DNA of 64,000 nucleotides from Candidatus Poriferihabitaceae bacterium (GTDB taxonomy: Bacteria > Pseudomonadota > Gammaproteobacteria > Arenicellales > Poriferihabitantaceae). Of this stretch, positions 9,051 through 17,135 are shown piece after piece. A program made the position numbers and the translations under genes. Below the pieces are notes generated by a model that searched no databases, had not been told where the DNA came from, and saw nothing but the letters and a program-made list of their open reading frames with translations. Within the stretch, counting starts at the first letter, position 1. Each line of letters starts with the position of its first letter. The DNA is taken from the NCBI GenBank assembly GCA_965206445.1, contig CBDBJR010000001.1:146135-210134 (forward strand), given 5' to 3'.

Positions 9051-9838
9051 CGGGTACCTCCTTGCCGACGGACGGCCACGACCTGAGTGCCCAATGTGGC
9101 GATACTGCCTTGCGGGAGATAAATGCCCAGCAGCTCGATCACGGTGGCGCCAGGACAGTTGCGCCCCAGAGCCGCTACGCACGCCTTGAGGTCGTTCTTA
9201 TGCGGGGCCACATCGCGAACCAGAAGACCGAAAATTCGCACTTCGCAGGGATCGCGAAGATACACGCCCGCAGCAGATTTGTAGCGTTTCAGCCAAGTGC
9301 TCTGCTCGGCGCGGTGACCAAGATACTTGATCAGATCATCCCGAATGATCTTGCGGTCCCGAAGATCTTCCAACTGTTGTTTGAGTCCGTGGCGGCCATA
9401 GACGACACTTGGAGGATAAGTTCTCTCCGTAGATGTCTTTACTTCGCCAAACGCGAAGCGCTCTATCTGACCGTCGCGCTGAAAGCCAACCAAGTCCGCG
9501 CCCGGAAGACTAGAACCGCGCTTGCGCTTATCCCGGCCATCGGGCCATGGGAAATGGCAGTCCTTGTTTTCCGTGAGGTAACACTCTGCCAACGCTTCGC
9601 CCACGCGCCAATCTTCCAGATCGCGCGCATTGTTCAGAAGCGCATCAAGATTCTCCTGCGCAAAATTGGTATCCGCCACACTGCCAAGGAGGTTGGCGAT
9701 CTCGTCATTGCCCGCATCGTCAAACACCACCGCAGAAACGGGCCCCGATAATGCTGCATCAAGGTCGTCCGCAGACACGCCCAAACCCGTACCCGTAACC
9801 GGGTGTGTTCCCATCGTGTAGTGTTCCGTGACGCGCAT
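9047..9838 (-). CDS. PD-(D/E)xK-type nuclease, HamA-like candidate (effector of the nuclease-helicase pair)
   Basis: 263 aa. Core ...SSLPGADLVGFQRDGQIERFAFGEVKTS... gives D115 / E132-x-K134 by my count. Translationally coupled to the downstream helicase. Confidence 0.6.
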   Translation of the reverse strand: MRVTEHYTMGTHPVTGTGLGVSADDLDAALSGPVSAVVFDDAGNDEIANLLGSVADTNFAQENLDALLNNARDLEDWRVGEALAECYLTENKDCHFPWPDGRDKRKRGSSLPGADLVGFQRDGQIERFAFGEVKTSTERTYPPSVVYGRHGLKQQLEDLRDRKIIRDDLIKYLGHRAEQSTWLKRYKSAAGVYLRDPCEVRIFGLLVRDVAPHKNDLKACVAALGRNCPGATVIELLGIYLPQGSIATLGTQVVAVRRQGGTR

Positions 9839-9843
9839 GGTTT

Positions 9844-10869
9844 CTACTTTCCAGAAATTAGTCTGGAATGCAATGCTCGGTATAATCTATTCCCTGATAA
9901 GCAATTACGCGGCGTCATACCTTGCCCTCCTGTTTTATGGCGGCAAGGAGTTCGGGGCTGTCGGCAGTGAGGCAGAGAAGGCAGTTGCAAATGGGGTCGC
10001 TGGGTACGTTGAGGGTGACATAAGAAATAGGCATTTGCGTGCGAAGTTTCGGCGTCACTGGTGTGGATGTGGCGGCTGGGGGAGATATTGTAGTCATTTT
10101 TCACAAGTTCGGCATGATCAACGATGCGACTGAGTTTTTCCGCTTCCTTCCACTCGATGAGGGTGTCGGCGATGCGCTGGATGCCTTCGTCCAGGATGAA
10201 GTTCATTGGGGTCGCCTTTTTCGAAGACCTGGCTGGCGTTAACGAGGAAGACCTTGCCCTGTCTGGTCTTGGCTTGATCTTGTTGAGGAAGAGAACGATG
10301 CCCGGAGCGGTGGTGCTGTAGAAGAGGTTTTCGGACAGGTAGAGGACGCTCTCGATAAAGTCGTGGTCAACGAACCACTGACGGACGGTTTTTTCCTTGT
10401 TGGTGCCGGCATTACCCGATCCGCAGGAGGCGGCACCGGTATCGAGAACGACGGCGGCGCGACCGGTGGCGTTGAAGCTGGCGTGCATGTGCTGGACCCA
10501 GCCCCAGTCGGCGGAGGATTTACCGGGGAAGCCGGCCCCGGCGGGGAAACGATCGAGTTCGTCGTTGTCGGCTTCGGTTTGGATAATCCGCAATTTCTCG
10601 CGCTCTTCGCCGTCGTCCTGGCACAGCCAGTCAGGATTCTTCGCAATCCATTCTTGCAAACCAAAACACTCGCGCGCGCCGATTTCCCTAGAGGTTGCGG
10701 GCGGCATTTTTGTCATTTCCTTGTCGTTTCGGTTGACAGCGTACAGTCCCATCGGTGTTTTCTCCTTGGTCGTACTCTCCGCACAGGCGGACATATTGGA
10801 AAGCAAACAGAATATCACGGTTGGTTTGCCCATCAAAGCGCGCGCCGAGATAACCCACCTCACAAACAA
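9844..10869 (-). pseudogene. Decayed type I HsdM remnant (C-terminal half only, frameshifted, fused to unrelated N-terminal sequence)
   Basis: Contains HsdM C-terminal-half sequence ADWGWVQHM...GRAAVVLDTGAAS...FIESVLYLSENLFYSTTAPGIVLFLNK and ...IADTLIEWKE...VKNDYNISPSRHI. The SAM-binding and NPPF/Y motifs are absent. Over about 10205-10275 the expected KTRQGKVFLVNASQVFEKGDP appears only in another frame, so there are at least two frameshifts. Confidence 0.6.
10143..10174. repeat. Right copy of the 32-bp direct repeat (see 4960-4991)
   Basis: 30/32 identity, same orientation. Lies inside the hsdM remnant. Confidence 0.85.
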
Positions 10870-10884
10870 CGCACTTGTTTACGC

Positions 10885-11340
10885 TTATTCTACCGCCTGA
10901 ATCAACGGCTCAACCACATCCCTGATATGCTGCGGCGCAGCGATGCTGGTGTGCGTTTTGGCGCGGGTGAATACGCAGACAAATTCGCCGGTAAAGCACC
11001 GGTTTGCATCCTGAAAACCGGTCACCCGGAAGCGGATGGAGCGGTTGCCGATGCGTAGCGGCTGTACCTCGCATTGCAGCAGGTGGCGCGGGGTGACCGG
11101 TGCGCGGAAGTCGATGCTCATGTGCACAAACGGGGTGCCGATGCCGGTGTCTAGTTCCATCTGGTACCAGCCGTGGCCGAGTTGCCGCTGCCACCAGTTG
11201 TCGATCGCGTCCAATGCAAACCAGGCTATGCGGCCGGTGAACGCAATCGCCGCCGGGTCGCAGTCGGCCCAGCCGACGCGGATGGTATGGATGAACGGCG
11301 ATGGCGCCGTGGCGGGCGCCGGCTCAGTAGGTCTCGACAT
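10885..11340 (-). CDS. Hotdog-fold acyl-CoA thioesterase (4HBT/YbgC-like)
   Basis: Trimmed to MSRPTEPAP... (ATG at 11340). FIHTIRVGWADCDPAAIAFTGRI... matches the 4-hydroxybenzoyl-CoA thioesterase-type fold. Last gene of the box operon. Confidence 0.6.
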   Translation of the reverse strand: MSRPTEPAPATAPSPFIHTIRVGWADCDPAAIAFTGRIAWFALDAIDNWWQRQLGHGWYQMELDTGIGTPFVHMSIDFRAPVTPRHLLQCEVQPLRIGNRSIRFRVTGFQDANRCFTGEFVCVFTRAKTHTSIAAPQHIRDVVEPLIQAVE

Positions 11341-12517
11341 GGTAGCGGCCGCTCTCGCGCATCTCGGTGCGCAGGGTTTGCCAGGCGATGCCGTGGGCGC
11401 CGGCAATCTCGTCAAACGCCGCTTCAACCCCGCTCTCCATGGCCTTCAGGCCGCAAATATAGATGTGGGTGCGCGTATCCTGCAGCAGTGCGGCCACCGT
11501 GTCGCGCGCCTGGCGCAGGCCGTCCTGGACATGGTTTTTGCGCTCGCCGGGCACCCGGCTGAACGAGAAATGTTTGCTCAGGATGCGGTCGGGGATTTTT
11601 TCAAGCGGCCCGAAGTAGGGCAGCCCATCCGGTGTGCGGGCGCCAAAGAACAGCGTCATCGTCTGCGTCAGGTCGGGGTGGGTGCGCCGCCGGCGCATCG
11701 TGAAGCCGCGAAACGGCGCCGCGCCGGTGCCGGTGCATATCATCAGCAGTCGCGCCTGCGGGTCGTCCGGCAGCAGGAAGGTGGAACCAAACGGCCCGAC
11801 CAGTTTTACCGCCGCGCCGGGTTGCAAATCGCAGAGGTGGTTGGAGCACACGCCCTGCCGTTCGCGTTTGACGGTCAGCGAGATGTTGTTGTGGTTGGGG
11901 CGTTCGCCGTCACGCGGACTGGAAACCGAATACAGCCGCGGGGTGTGCGGCCTGCCGTGTGCATCGCTGCCCGGTGCAATGATGCCGACGCTTTGGCCTT
12001 CTAAAATCGGCAGCGGGGTGTTGCCCAGGTCGAGAATAATATGCCGCACGTCGAACTCCTGATGCGCCGGCGTCAGGCTGTAATTGCCCTGCACGATCGC
12101 GGCGGCCGGTTTGCCGGGGTGGTACAGGTTGACGCTGGATTTGGAGGCCGATAGCGGCGCCTTTTGTTTGCCGCCGGCGCCCTGGTGCGCTTCGGCCAAT
12201 AGTGCGGCGACGCTGTCGTCAAGCGCTTCGATGCTGGTGTTGACGTCGGCCGCACCGGCGAGCGCTTCCTGCGCCGGCAGCTCCAGCCAGCCAAACTGCT
12301 GTTCCAGCGTATAGGCCTCGCGCACCACCCGCCATTCGTCAATCGAGCCGGTGGGGCAGGGGCTGATGCAGGCCATGCAGAAATTGCATTTGTCGGCATC
12401 GACGACGACATTGTCGTCGTTGTGGCTGATCGCCTGAATCGGGCAGGTCGCCTCGCAGGTATAACAGCGGATGCAGATCTCCGGGTCGATCAGGTGTTGC
12501 TTGATGGGCTTGGGCAT
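11324..12517 (-). CDS. boxA: Benzoyl-CoA 2,3-epoxidase reductase component BoxA
   Basis: Two ferredoxin 4Fe-4S motifs (CIRCYTCEATCP, CNFCMACISPCP) are followed by an FNR-like domain (RLYSVSS, ICTGTGAAPFRGF). Adjacent to boxB/boxC. Confidence 0.8.
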   Translation of the reverse strand: MPKPIKQHLIDPEICIRCYTCEATCPIQAISHNDDNVVVDADKCNFCMACISPCPTGSIDEWRVVREAYTLEQQFGWLELPAQEALAGAADVNTSIEALDDSVAALLAEAHQGAGGKQKAPLSASKSSVNLYHPGKPAAAIVQGNYSLTPAHQEFDVRHIILDLGNTPLPILEGQSVGIIAPGSDAHGRPHTPRLYSVSSPRDGERPNHNNISLTVKRERQGVCSNHLCDLQPGAAVKLVGPFGSTFLLPDDPQARLLMICTGTGAAPFRGFTMRRRRTHPDLTQTMTLFFGARTPDGLPYFGPLEKIPDRILSKHFSFSRVPGERKNHVQDGLRQARDTVAALLQDTRTHIYICGLKAMESGVEAAFDEIAGAHGIAWQTLRTEMRESGRYHVETY

Positions 12518-12535
12518 CGCTTCTGCGGCGGCGCC

Positions 12536-13978
12536 TCAGCCCAGCCGTACGTACTCGAAATCACCGGGCTTGTTGTCAACCCCGACTTTCGGCGGCGCAA
12601 TCCAGCCGGCATATTTTCCGGGCTGCAACACCGGCTGCATCAGGGATTGGATGAAGTCGCCGTCCGCCGACGTCGGCAGCCAATCGCCCCGGTGCGCCGC
12701 CCACGTCTCGGCGGCCATTACCGTGCCCGCCGGGTCGATCGACACCGCGGCAAATTCGCCAATCTGCCGGTGAAAGCCTTCGTGCGGCAGCTTTAGCGCA
12801 AACGCGATGCCGTGCTTGTGGATGGTTTTATTCCAGCGCCCGATGCCGCCCGACGCATCGCGGATGTAGTCATCCCGCAAGCGCATGTTGATGGCCGACA
12901 GCGCCGGCACGTCGACCGACTGAATCGCCCCGTCGATCAGCCGACGGATCGGATAGGTGTCATTTCTGAGCTGATGATCGTCGTCGATCCGCAGCTCGGC
13001 GTAGCGCCCCTTGATGCCGGCGTTAAAGGCATTGGCCGCATTGGTCGAGACTTCCTGACCAAACAGGTCGAGCGAGAGCGAATAGTGCAGGTTGAGTTTT
13101 TTCTGCATGGTCGGCAAATCGATCACCCCCAGCGCGCGCACCCGATCGCGGTCAAACGGGTCGTCGATGCCGGCCCGGTTCATCGCCTCGACGGTGCGCT
13201 GAATGATGCGGCCAACGCCGGACTCGCCGACAAACATGTGATGCGCCTCTTCGGTCAGCATGAACCGGCAGGTGCGCGACAGCGGGTCAAAACCGGATTG
13301 CGCCAGGCTCTCCAGCTGCATTTTGCCGTCGCGGTCGGTGAAGTAGGTGAACATAAAAAACGACAGCCAGTCGGGGGTTTGCTGGTTGAACGCGCCCAGC
13401 ATACGCGGCGCCTCGGAAGAGCCGGAGGTGCGGCGCAGCAGCTCGGCCGCTTCTTCACGGCCATCGACGCCAAAGTATTTTTGCAGCAGGTAGACCATCG
13501 CCCACAGGTGGCGGCCCTCTTCGACGTTGACCTGAAACAGGCTGCGCATGTCGTACAGCGACGGCGCGGTCTTGCCGAGGAAGCGCTGCTGCTCGACCGA
13601 CGCCGGTTCGGTGTCGCCTTGAATCACAATCAGGCGGCGCAGCATGGCGCGATATTCGCCCGGCACCTGCTGCCAGACCGGCTCGCCGAGATGTTGGCCG
13701 CAGGGGATGGTCCGGCCCTCGACCTGCGGCGCCAGCAAAATACCCCAGCGATAGTCCGGCATCTTCACATAACCGAATTTTGCCCAGCCTTTCGGGTCAA
13801 CACTGACCGCCGTGCGCAAATAGACCGGGCTGTCGTGAAAGCCGTCCGGGCCTTTATCGCGCCACCACTCGAGGTAGCCGGGATGCCATTTTTTCAGCGC
13901 CTTGAGCACGCGCTGATCATCGGCCAGGCCGACGTTGTTGGGGATTTGCTCGTCGTAGCTAACGTTGATGCTGTCCAT
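12536..13978 (-). CDS. boxB: Benzoyl-CoA 2,3-epoxidase oxygenase component BoxB
   Basis: 480 aa, with diiron-type carboxylate/His motifs (e.g. LTEEAHHMFVGE). Conserved position between boxA and boxC. Confidence 0.75.
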   Translation of the reverse strand: MDSINVSYDEQIPNNVGLADDQRVLKALKKWHPGYLEWWRDKGPDGFHDSPVYLRTAVSVDPKGWAKFGYVKMPDYRWGILLAPQVEGRTIPCGQHLGEPVWQQVPGEYRAMLRRLIVIQGDTEPASVEQQRFLGKTAPSLYDMRSLFQVNVEEGRHLWAMVYLLQKYFGVDGREEAAELLRRTSGSSEAPRMLGAFNQQTPDWLSFFMFTYFTDRDGKMQLESLAQSGFDPLSRTCRFMLTEEAHHMFVGESGVGRIIQRTVEAMNRAGIDDPFDRDRVRALGVIDLPTMQKKLNLHYSLSLDLFGQEVSTNAANAFNAGIKGRYAELRIDDDHQLRNDTYPIRRLIDGAIQSVDVPALSAINMRLRDDYIRDASGGIGRWNKTIHKHGIAFALKLPHEGFHRQIGEFAAVSIDPAGTVMAAETWAAHRGDWLPTSADGDFIQSLMQPVLQPGKYAGWIAPPKVGVDNKPGDFEYVRLG

Positions 13979-14007
13979 ACGGGATTGCTCCGGTCAAGGT
14001 GTTCCGG

Positions 14008-15693
14008 TCACACGCGCCGGCGGTCATATGCAGCGCGCAGACCGCTGCCATAGCGCTGCAACGCGCCGTCCTTGCCGGCGGCGTTGGGGCGCTGAAAAAT
14101 CCAGTTCTGCCAGGCGGTCAGGCGGCCAAAGATGCGGGTTTCCATGGTTTCGGGGCCGGCAAAGCGCAGGTTGGCCTCCATCCCGGTGAGTGCATCGGGC
14201 GAAAAGTTGACGCGCGCTTCGAGAAACAGGCGGATTTCATCCTGCCAGTCGATATCGTCATAGGCATAGGTCACCAGGCCCAGCTCCATCGCCGCATCCG
14301 CCGGCAAGGCGTCGCCCGGTCTGGCCGCGAGGCGCTCGACCAGCCCGGGGTCGGCCAGAAACCGGGTTTGCAGCCGGGTCAGGTCATTCGACATGGGCAG
14401 CGCGCCAAAGTTGGCCGCGGTCAGCGTGATGGCCGCCGCCGGGCGGCTGTCCTGTTCAAACTCGCCGGCCATCATGCAGCTGCGGTCGACCGCAAACAGC
14501 AGCTCGGCCAGCAGGCCGACAAAACACGACCCGTGCTCGACCAGCGCCACCAGCGAGCGCGACGTCAGGTCGAGCCGTTTGAGCACGCGCTTCCAATACA
14601 AAATCACCTCGTGTGCCAGCCAGTGATCGGCGCCCTCGAACAATTGCCGCTCATGCGCCGCCAACAGTGCCGGGTCGCCGCTGGTGGTGAAAATCAGCGT
14701 GCCGATTTCGGTTTCATTCAACCGCAGATGCAAAATGGCGTCATCCAGCTCGCGTGCCAGGCGCAGCAGATACGCCTGATCGCCCCGGCGGTGAAACGCC
14801 TGCATCGACGTCGGCGCGGCTTCGTCCGGGCCGAACAGCGTGACGGTCGCGATGCGCCGGGCCCGGTCCGGCGTGATCTTTACCCGCGAATAGGCAACCG
14901 CGCCGTCATCGTCGAAGCGGCGCTCCAGCGGCGTCAGCCGAATTCCCGCCGCATCACTTGCCCCGTCACTCGCCGCGTCACTCGCCCCACTGCGGCGCTG
15001 CGAGCGCGCGCACACCGCCTCTACCTGCGCCGCCACCGCCGCGTCGAACTGCGAATTCGGCACCACCGCATCAACCAGCCGCCAGGCCTGCGCGCGCGCG
15101 CCCTTGACCCCTTCTTCGGTCGAGCAAAACACATCCGCCAGATCCCGGCGCACCTTGCGCTTGTCGGTCAGCCGCGTCAGCCCGCCGGTGCCGGGCAGCA
15201 CCGCCAGCAGCGGCACTTCCGGCAGCGCGACACTCGACGCCGCATCGTCGGCCAGAATAATGTAATCGCAGGCCAGCGCCAGCTCATAGCCGCCGCCGGC
15301 GCACGCGCCTTTGATCGCACAGATATAGGTTTGCCCGGACTCCCGGCCCGCGGCCTCGAACGTATTGCGGGTTTCGTTGGTGAATTTGCAGAAGTTGACC
15401 TTGTGCGCCGGCTCGGCGGCGGCCAGCATGCGGATATTCGCGCCCGCACAAAACACCCCCGGCTTGCCGGAAAGCAGCACCACCGCGCCGATTTCGGGGT
15501 GCTCGAAGCGCATGCGCTGAACAATATCGGCCAGCTCGATATCGACCCCGAGGTCGTAGGAGTTCAGCTTCAGTTGATAGCCCTCGAACAGCCCGCCGTG
15601 CTCGTCCACGTCCATATACAGGCAGGCCGCCGGCGCGGCGTACTCCACCCGCCAGTGGCGGTATCGACCCGGGTCGGTCTGGAAATCAATCAT
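14008..15693 (-). CDS. boxC: 2,3-epoxybenzoyl-CoA dihydrolase BoxC
   Basis: Trimmed to MIDFQTDPGRYRHW... (ATG at 15693). Large crotonase-fold protein (VFCAGANIRML, GACAGGGYELALACDY). Box-cluster context. Confidence 0.75.
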   Translation of the reverse strand: MIDFQTDPGRYRHWRVEYAAPAACLYMDVDEHGGLFEGYQLKLNSYDLGVDIELADIVQRMRFEHPEIGAVVLLSGKPGVFCAGANIRMLAAAEPAHKVNFCKFTNETRNTFEAAGRESGQTYICAIKGACAGGGYELALACDYIILADDAASSVALPEVPLLAVLPGTGGLTRLTDKRKVRRDLADVFCSTEEGVKGARAQAWRLVDAVVPNSQFDAAVAAQVEAVCARSQRRSGASDAASDGASDAAGIRLTPLERRFDDDGAVAYSRVKITPDRARRIATVTLFGPDEAAPTSMQAFHRRGDQAYLLRLARELDDAILHLRLNETEIGTLIFTTSGDPALLAAHERQLFEGADHWLAHEVILYWKRVLKRLDLTSRSLVALVEHGSCFVGLLAELLFAVDRSCMMAGEFEQDSRPAAAITLTAANFGALPMSNDLTRLQTRFLADPGLVERLAARPGDALPADAAMELGLVTYAYDDIDWQDEIRLFLEARVNFSPDALTGMEANLRFAGPETMETRIFGRLTAWQNWIFQRPNAAGKDGALQRYGSGLRAAYDRRRV

Positions 15694-16294
15694 CGTCTGT
15701 ACTCGCTGTTTTCCGGTCGCGCTGTTCGGGTTGCACATCCGCCGCCGACGGCATCGGGATGCGGCCAGCCGGCGCGGCACATCCGGATTTTTCGCCATCG
15801 GCGCGCTTTTCCGGCGCCGTTTGGCCGACCGGCTGAAAGTGGAATTCGACCGCGGCATGATGGTGTATACACGCCGCCGCGGCCTGCGCCTGCCGCACTG
15901 CATCCGCGACCTGTAGCGCCATGACCGTCTCGCCGCCGGCCGCGTGCAGATGACGCCGGGCCATATCGAGCAGTCTCAGCGCCGCCGCGGGCCGGCCCAT
16001 GTGCACTTTGAGCGCGGCATTGGCCAGCTGAATCATACCCTGAACCAGCGCCCGCTCACGGGAATTTAACCGCGCCCGCAGCCAGACCGGTTCCAGCACC
16101 TCATGCGCCTCCCAGTAATAGCCGGCATTGATCAGGTCGATGCCGTACAGCCAGGCCCGGTTTGTCCGCGCCGTTGCCGATGTGGTCACCGGCGGGGTGT
16201 GGCGTACCACCTGCGCGAATGTGCCCGCCGCCGGGCGCGCGCTTTGCCCCGGCACATAGCGGCCCGGCGGCAGCGCAAACGCACTCATCGTCAT
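15686..16294 (-). CDS. DUF309-domain protein
   Basis: Trimmed to MTMSAFALPPG.... Carries the signature NAGYYWEAHEVLEPVW. Confidence 0.55.
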   Translation of the reverse strand: MTMSAFALPPGRYVPGQSARPAAGTFAQVVRHTPPVTTSATARTNRAWLYGIDLINAGYYWEAHEVLEPVWLRARLNSRERALVQGMIQLANAALKVHMGRPAAALRLLDMARRHLHAAGGETVMALQVADAVRQAQAAAACIHHHAAVEFHFQPVGQTAPEKRADGEKSGCAAPAGRIPMPSAADVQPEQRDRKTASTDDD

Positions 16295-16304
16295 GGTCGG
16301 CCCC

Positions 16305-17135
16305 TCACGCAACCGCGGCCACCGCCGGTTTTTCGGCCACCCGGCGGCGCACAAAGGCCGCCACCGTCGCCAGCGTGGGCTGCGGGCAATCGAGATGCGG
16401 TGCATGCCGGCAATCGTCCAGAATCAACGTCTCCAACGGCGACGACAGCCGCTGTCGCAGCGTCTCGAGCTGCGCCAGGGTGCCGTATTGATCCTCCCGC
16501 CCCTGTATCGCCAGCACCGGCAGCCGCACACCGTCAATCGCCGCACGGACGTCCCAGTGCTTGAAATCCGCGTGCAGCCACGCCTCGTTCCAGCCCCAGA
16601 ACGCATTGTCCGGGTCGCGGTGATATTTTTTCAGCCGGGCGCGCAAATCCCCCGCGGTGTATTGCCGCCGGGCCTCGGCAATCGCCGCCAGACCGCCGGC
16701 CTCGGCAAAAAAATGTGGCGCCATCAACACCAGCCCGCAGAGGCGCGCATCGGTGTGGCGGCCGGCATAAATCGCCGCCACCGTCGCACCGTCGCTATGC
16801 CCCAGCAAAATACCGGTGCGCAGGCCGACCGCGTCCAGCACGTCGGGCAGCGCGTGCATCGCCTCGGCGGTCAGGTAATCGGTCGGGCGCGGCAAATCAG
16901 CCGGCTCGGAATCGCCATAGCCGGCGCGCGAATACGCAAACACACCGCAGCCGGTCGCCGCCGCCAGCTGCGGCGGAAAATCGCGCCAGAGGGCAACGCA
17001 GCCCAGCCCCTCATGCAGCAATACGATGGTCGGTGCGGCCGCCGGCGCCGGGCCGAAACACGCGCCCTGCAATTTTTTATGGTTGGCCGTGAGTGTAACC
17101 GCGGCGCCGTCAGCCCACCTGAACGCCGCGCTCAT
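16305..17135 (-). CDS. Alpha/beta-fold hydrolase
   Basis: VLLHEGLG oxyanion region and GHSDGA nucleophile elbow. 276 aa. Confidence 0.7.
   Translation of the reverse strand: MSAAFRWADGAAVTLTANHKKLQGACFGPAPAAAPTIVLLHEGLGCVALWRDFPPQLAAATGCGVFAYSRAGYGDSEPADLPRPTDYLTAEAMHALPDVLDAVGLRTGILLGHSDGATVAAIYAGRHTDARLCGLVLMAPHFFAEAGGLAAIAEARRQYTAGDLRARLKKYHRDPDNAFWGWNEAWLHADFKHWDVRAAIDGVRLPVLAIQGREDQYGTLAQLETLRQRLSSPLETLILDDCRHAPHLDCPQPTLATVAAFVRRRVAEKPAVAAVA

Noticed and set aside
9051-9182. N-terminal extension of the helicase ORF (track 5784..9182). Similar extensions occur on the boxC, GmrSD-like, clpA, rmuC, DUF309 and livF ORFs.
   Set aside because: The extensions overlap the upstream gene and read as Arg-rich junk. 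Internal starts give canonical N-termini and ATGA or short overlaps. The track appears to take the longest ATG/GTG/TTG ORF.
9828-10133. Plus-strand 101-aa ORF and a perfect TATAAT (about 9881-9886) between the nuclease gene and the hsdM remnant
   Set aside because: The ORF is antisense to degenerate hsdM-remnant sequence and has no motifs. The -10-like hexamer has no convincing -35 and points away from the nuclease operon.
12812-15924. Very long plus-strand ORFs (12812..14053, 413 aa; 13999..15924, 641 aa) antisense to boxB/boxC
   Set aside because: Their translations are Arg/Ala/Gly/Pro-rich low-complexity text with no motifs. They lie exactly opposite well-recognised genes, so they are typical GC-rich shadow ORFs. 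The same reasoning applies to 11036..12004, 27576..29048, 54402..55451, 20020..20922, 62769..63770 and others.
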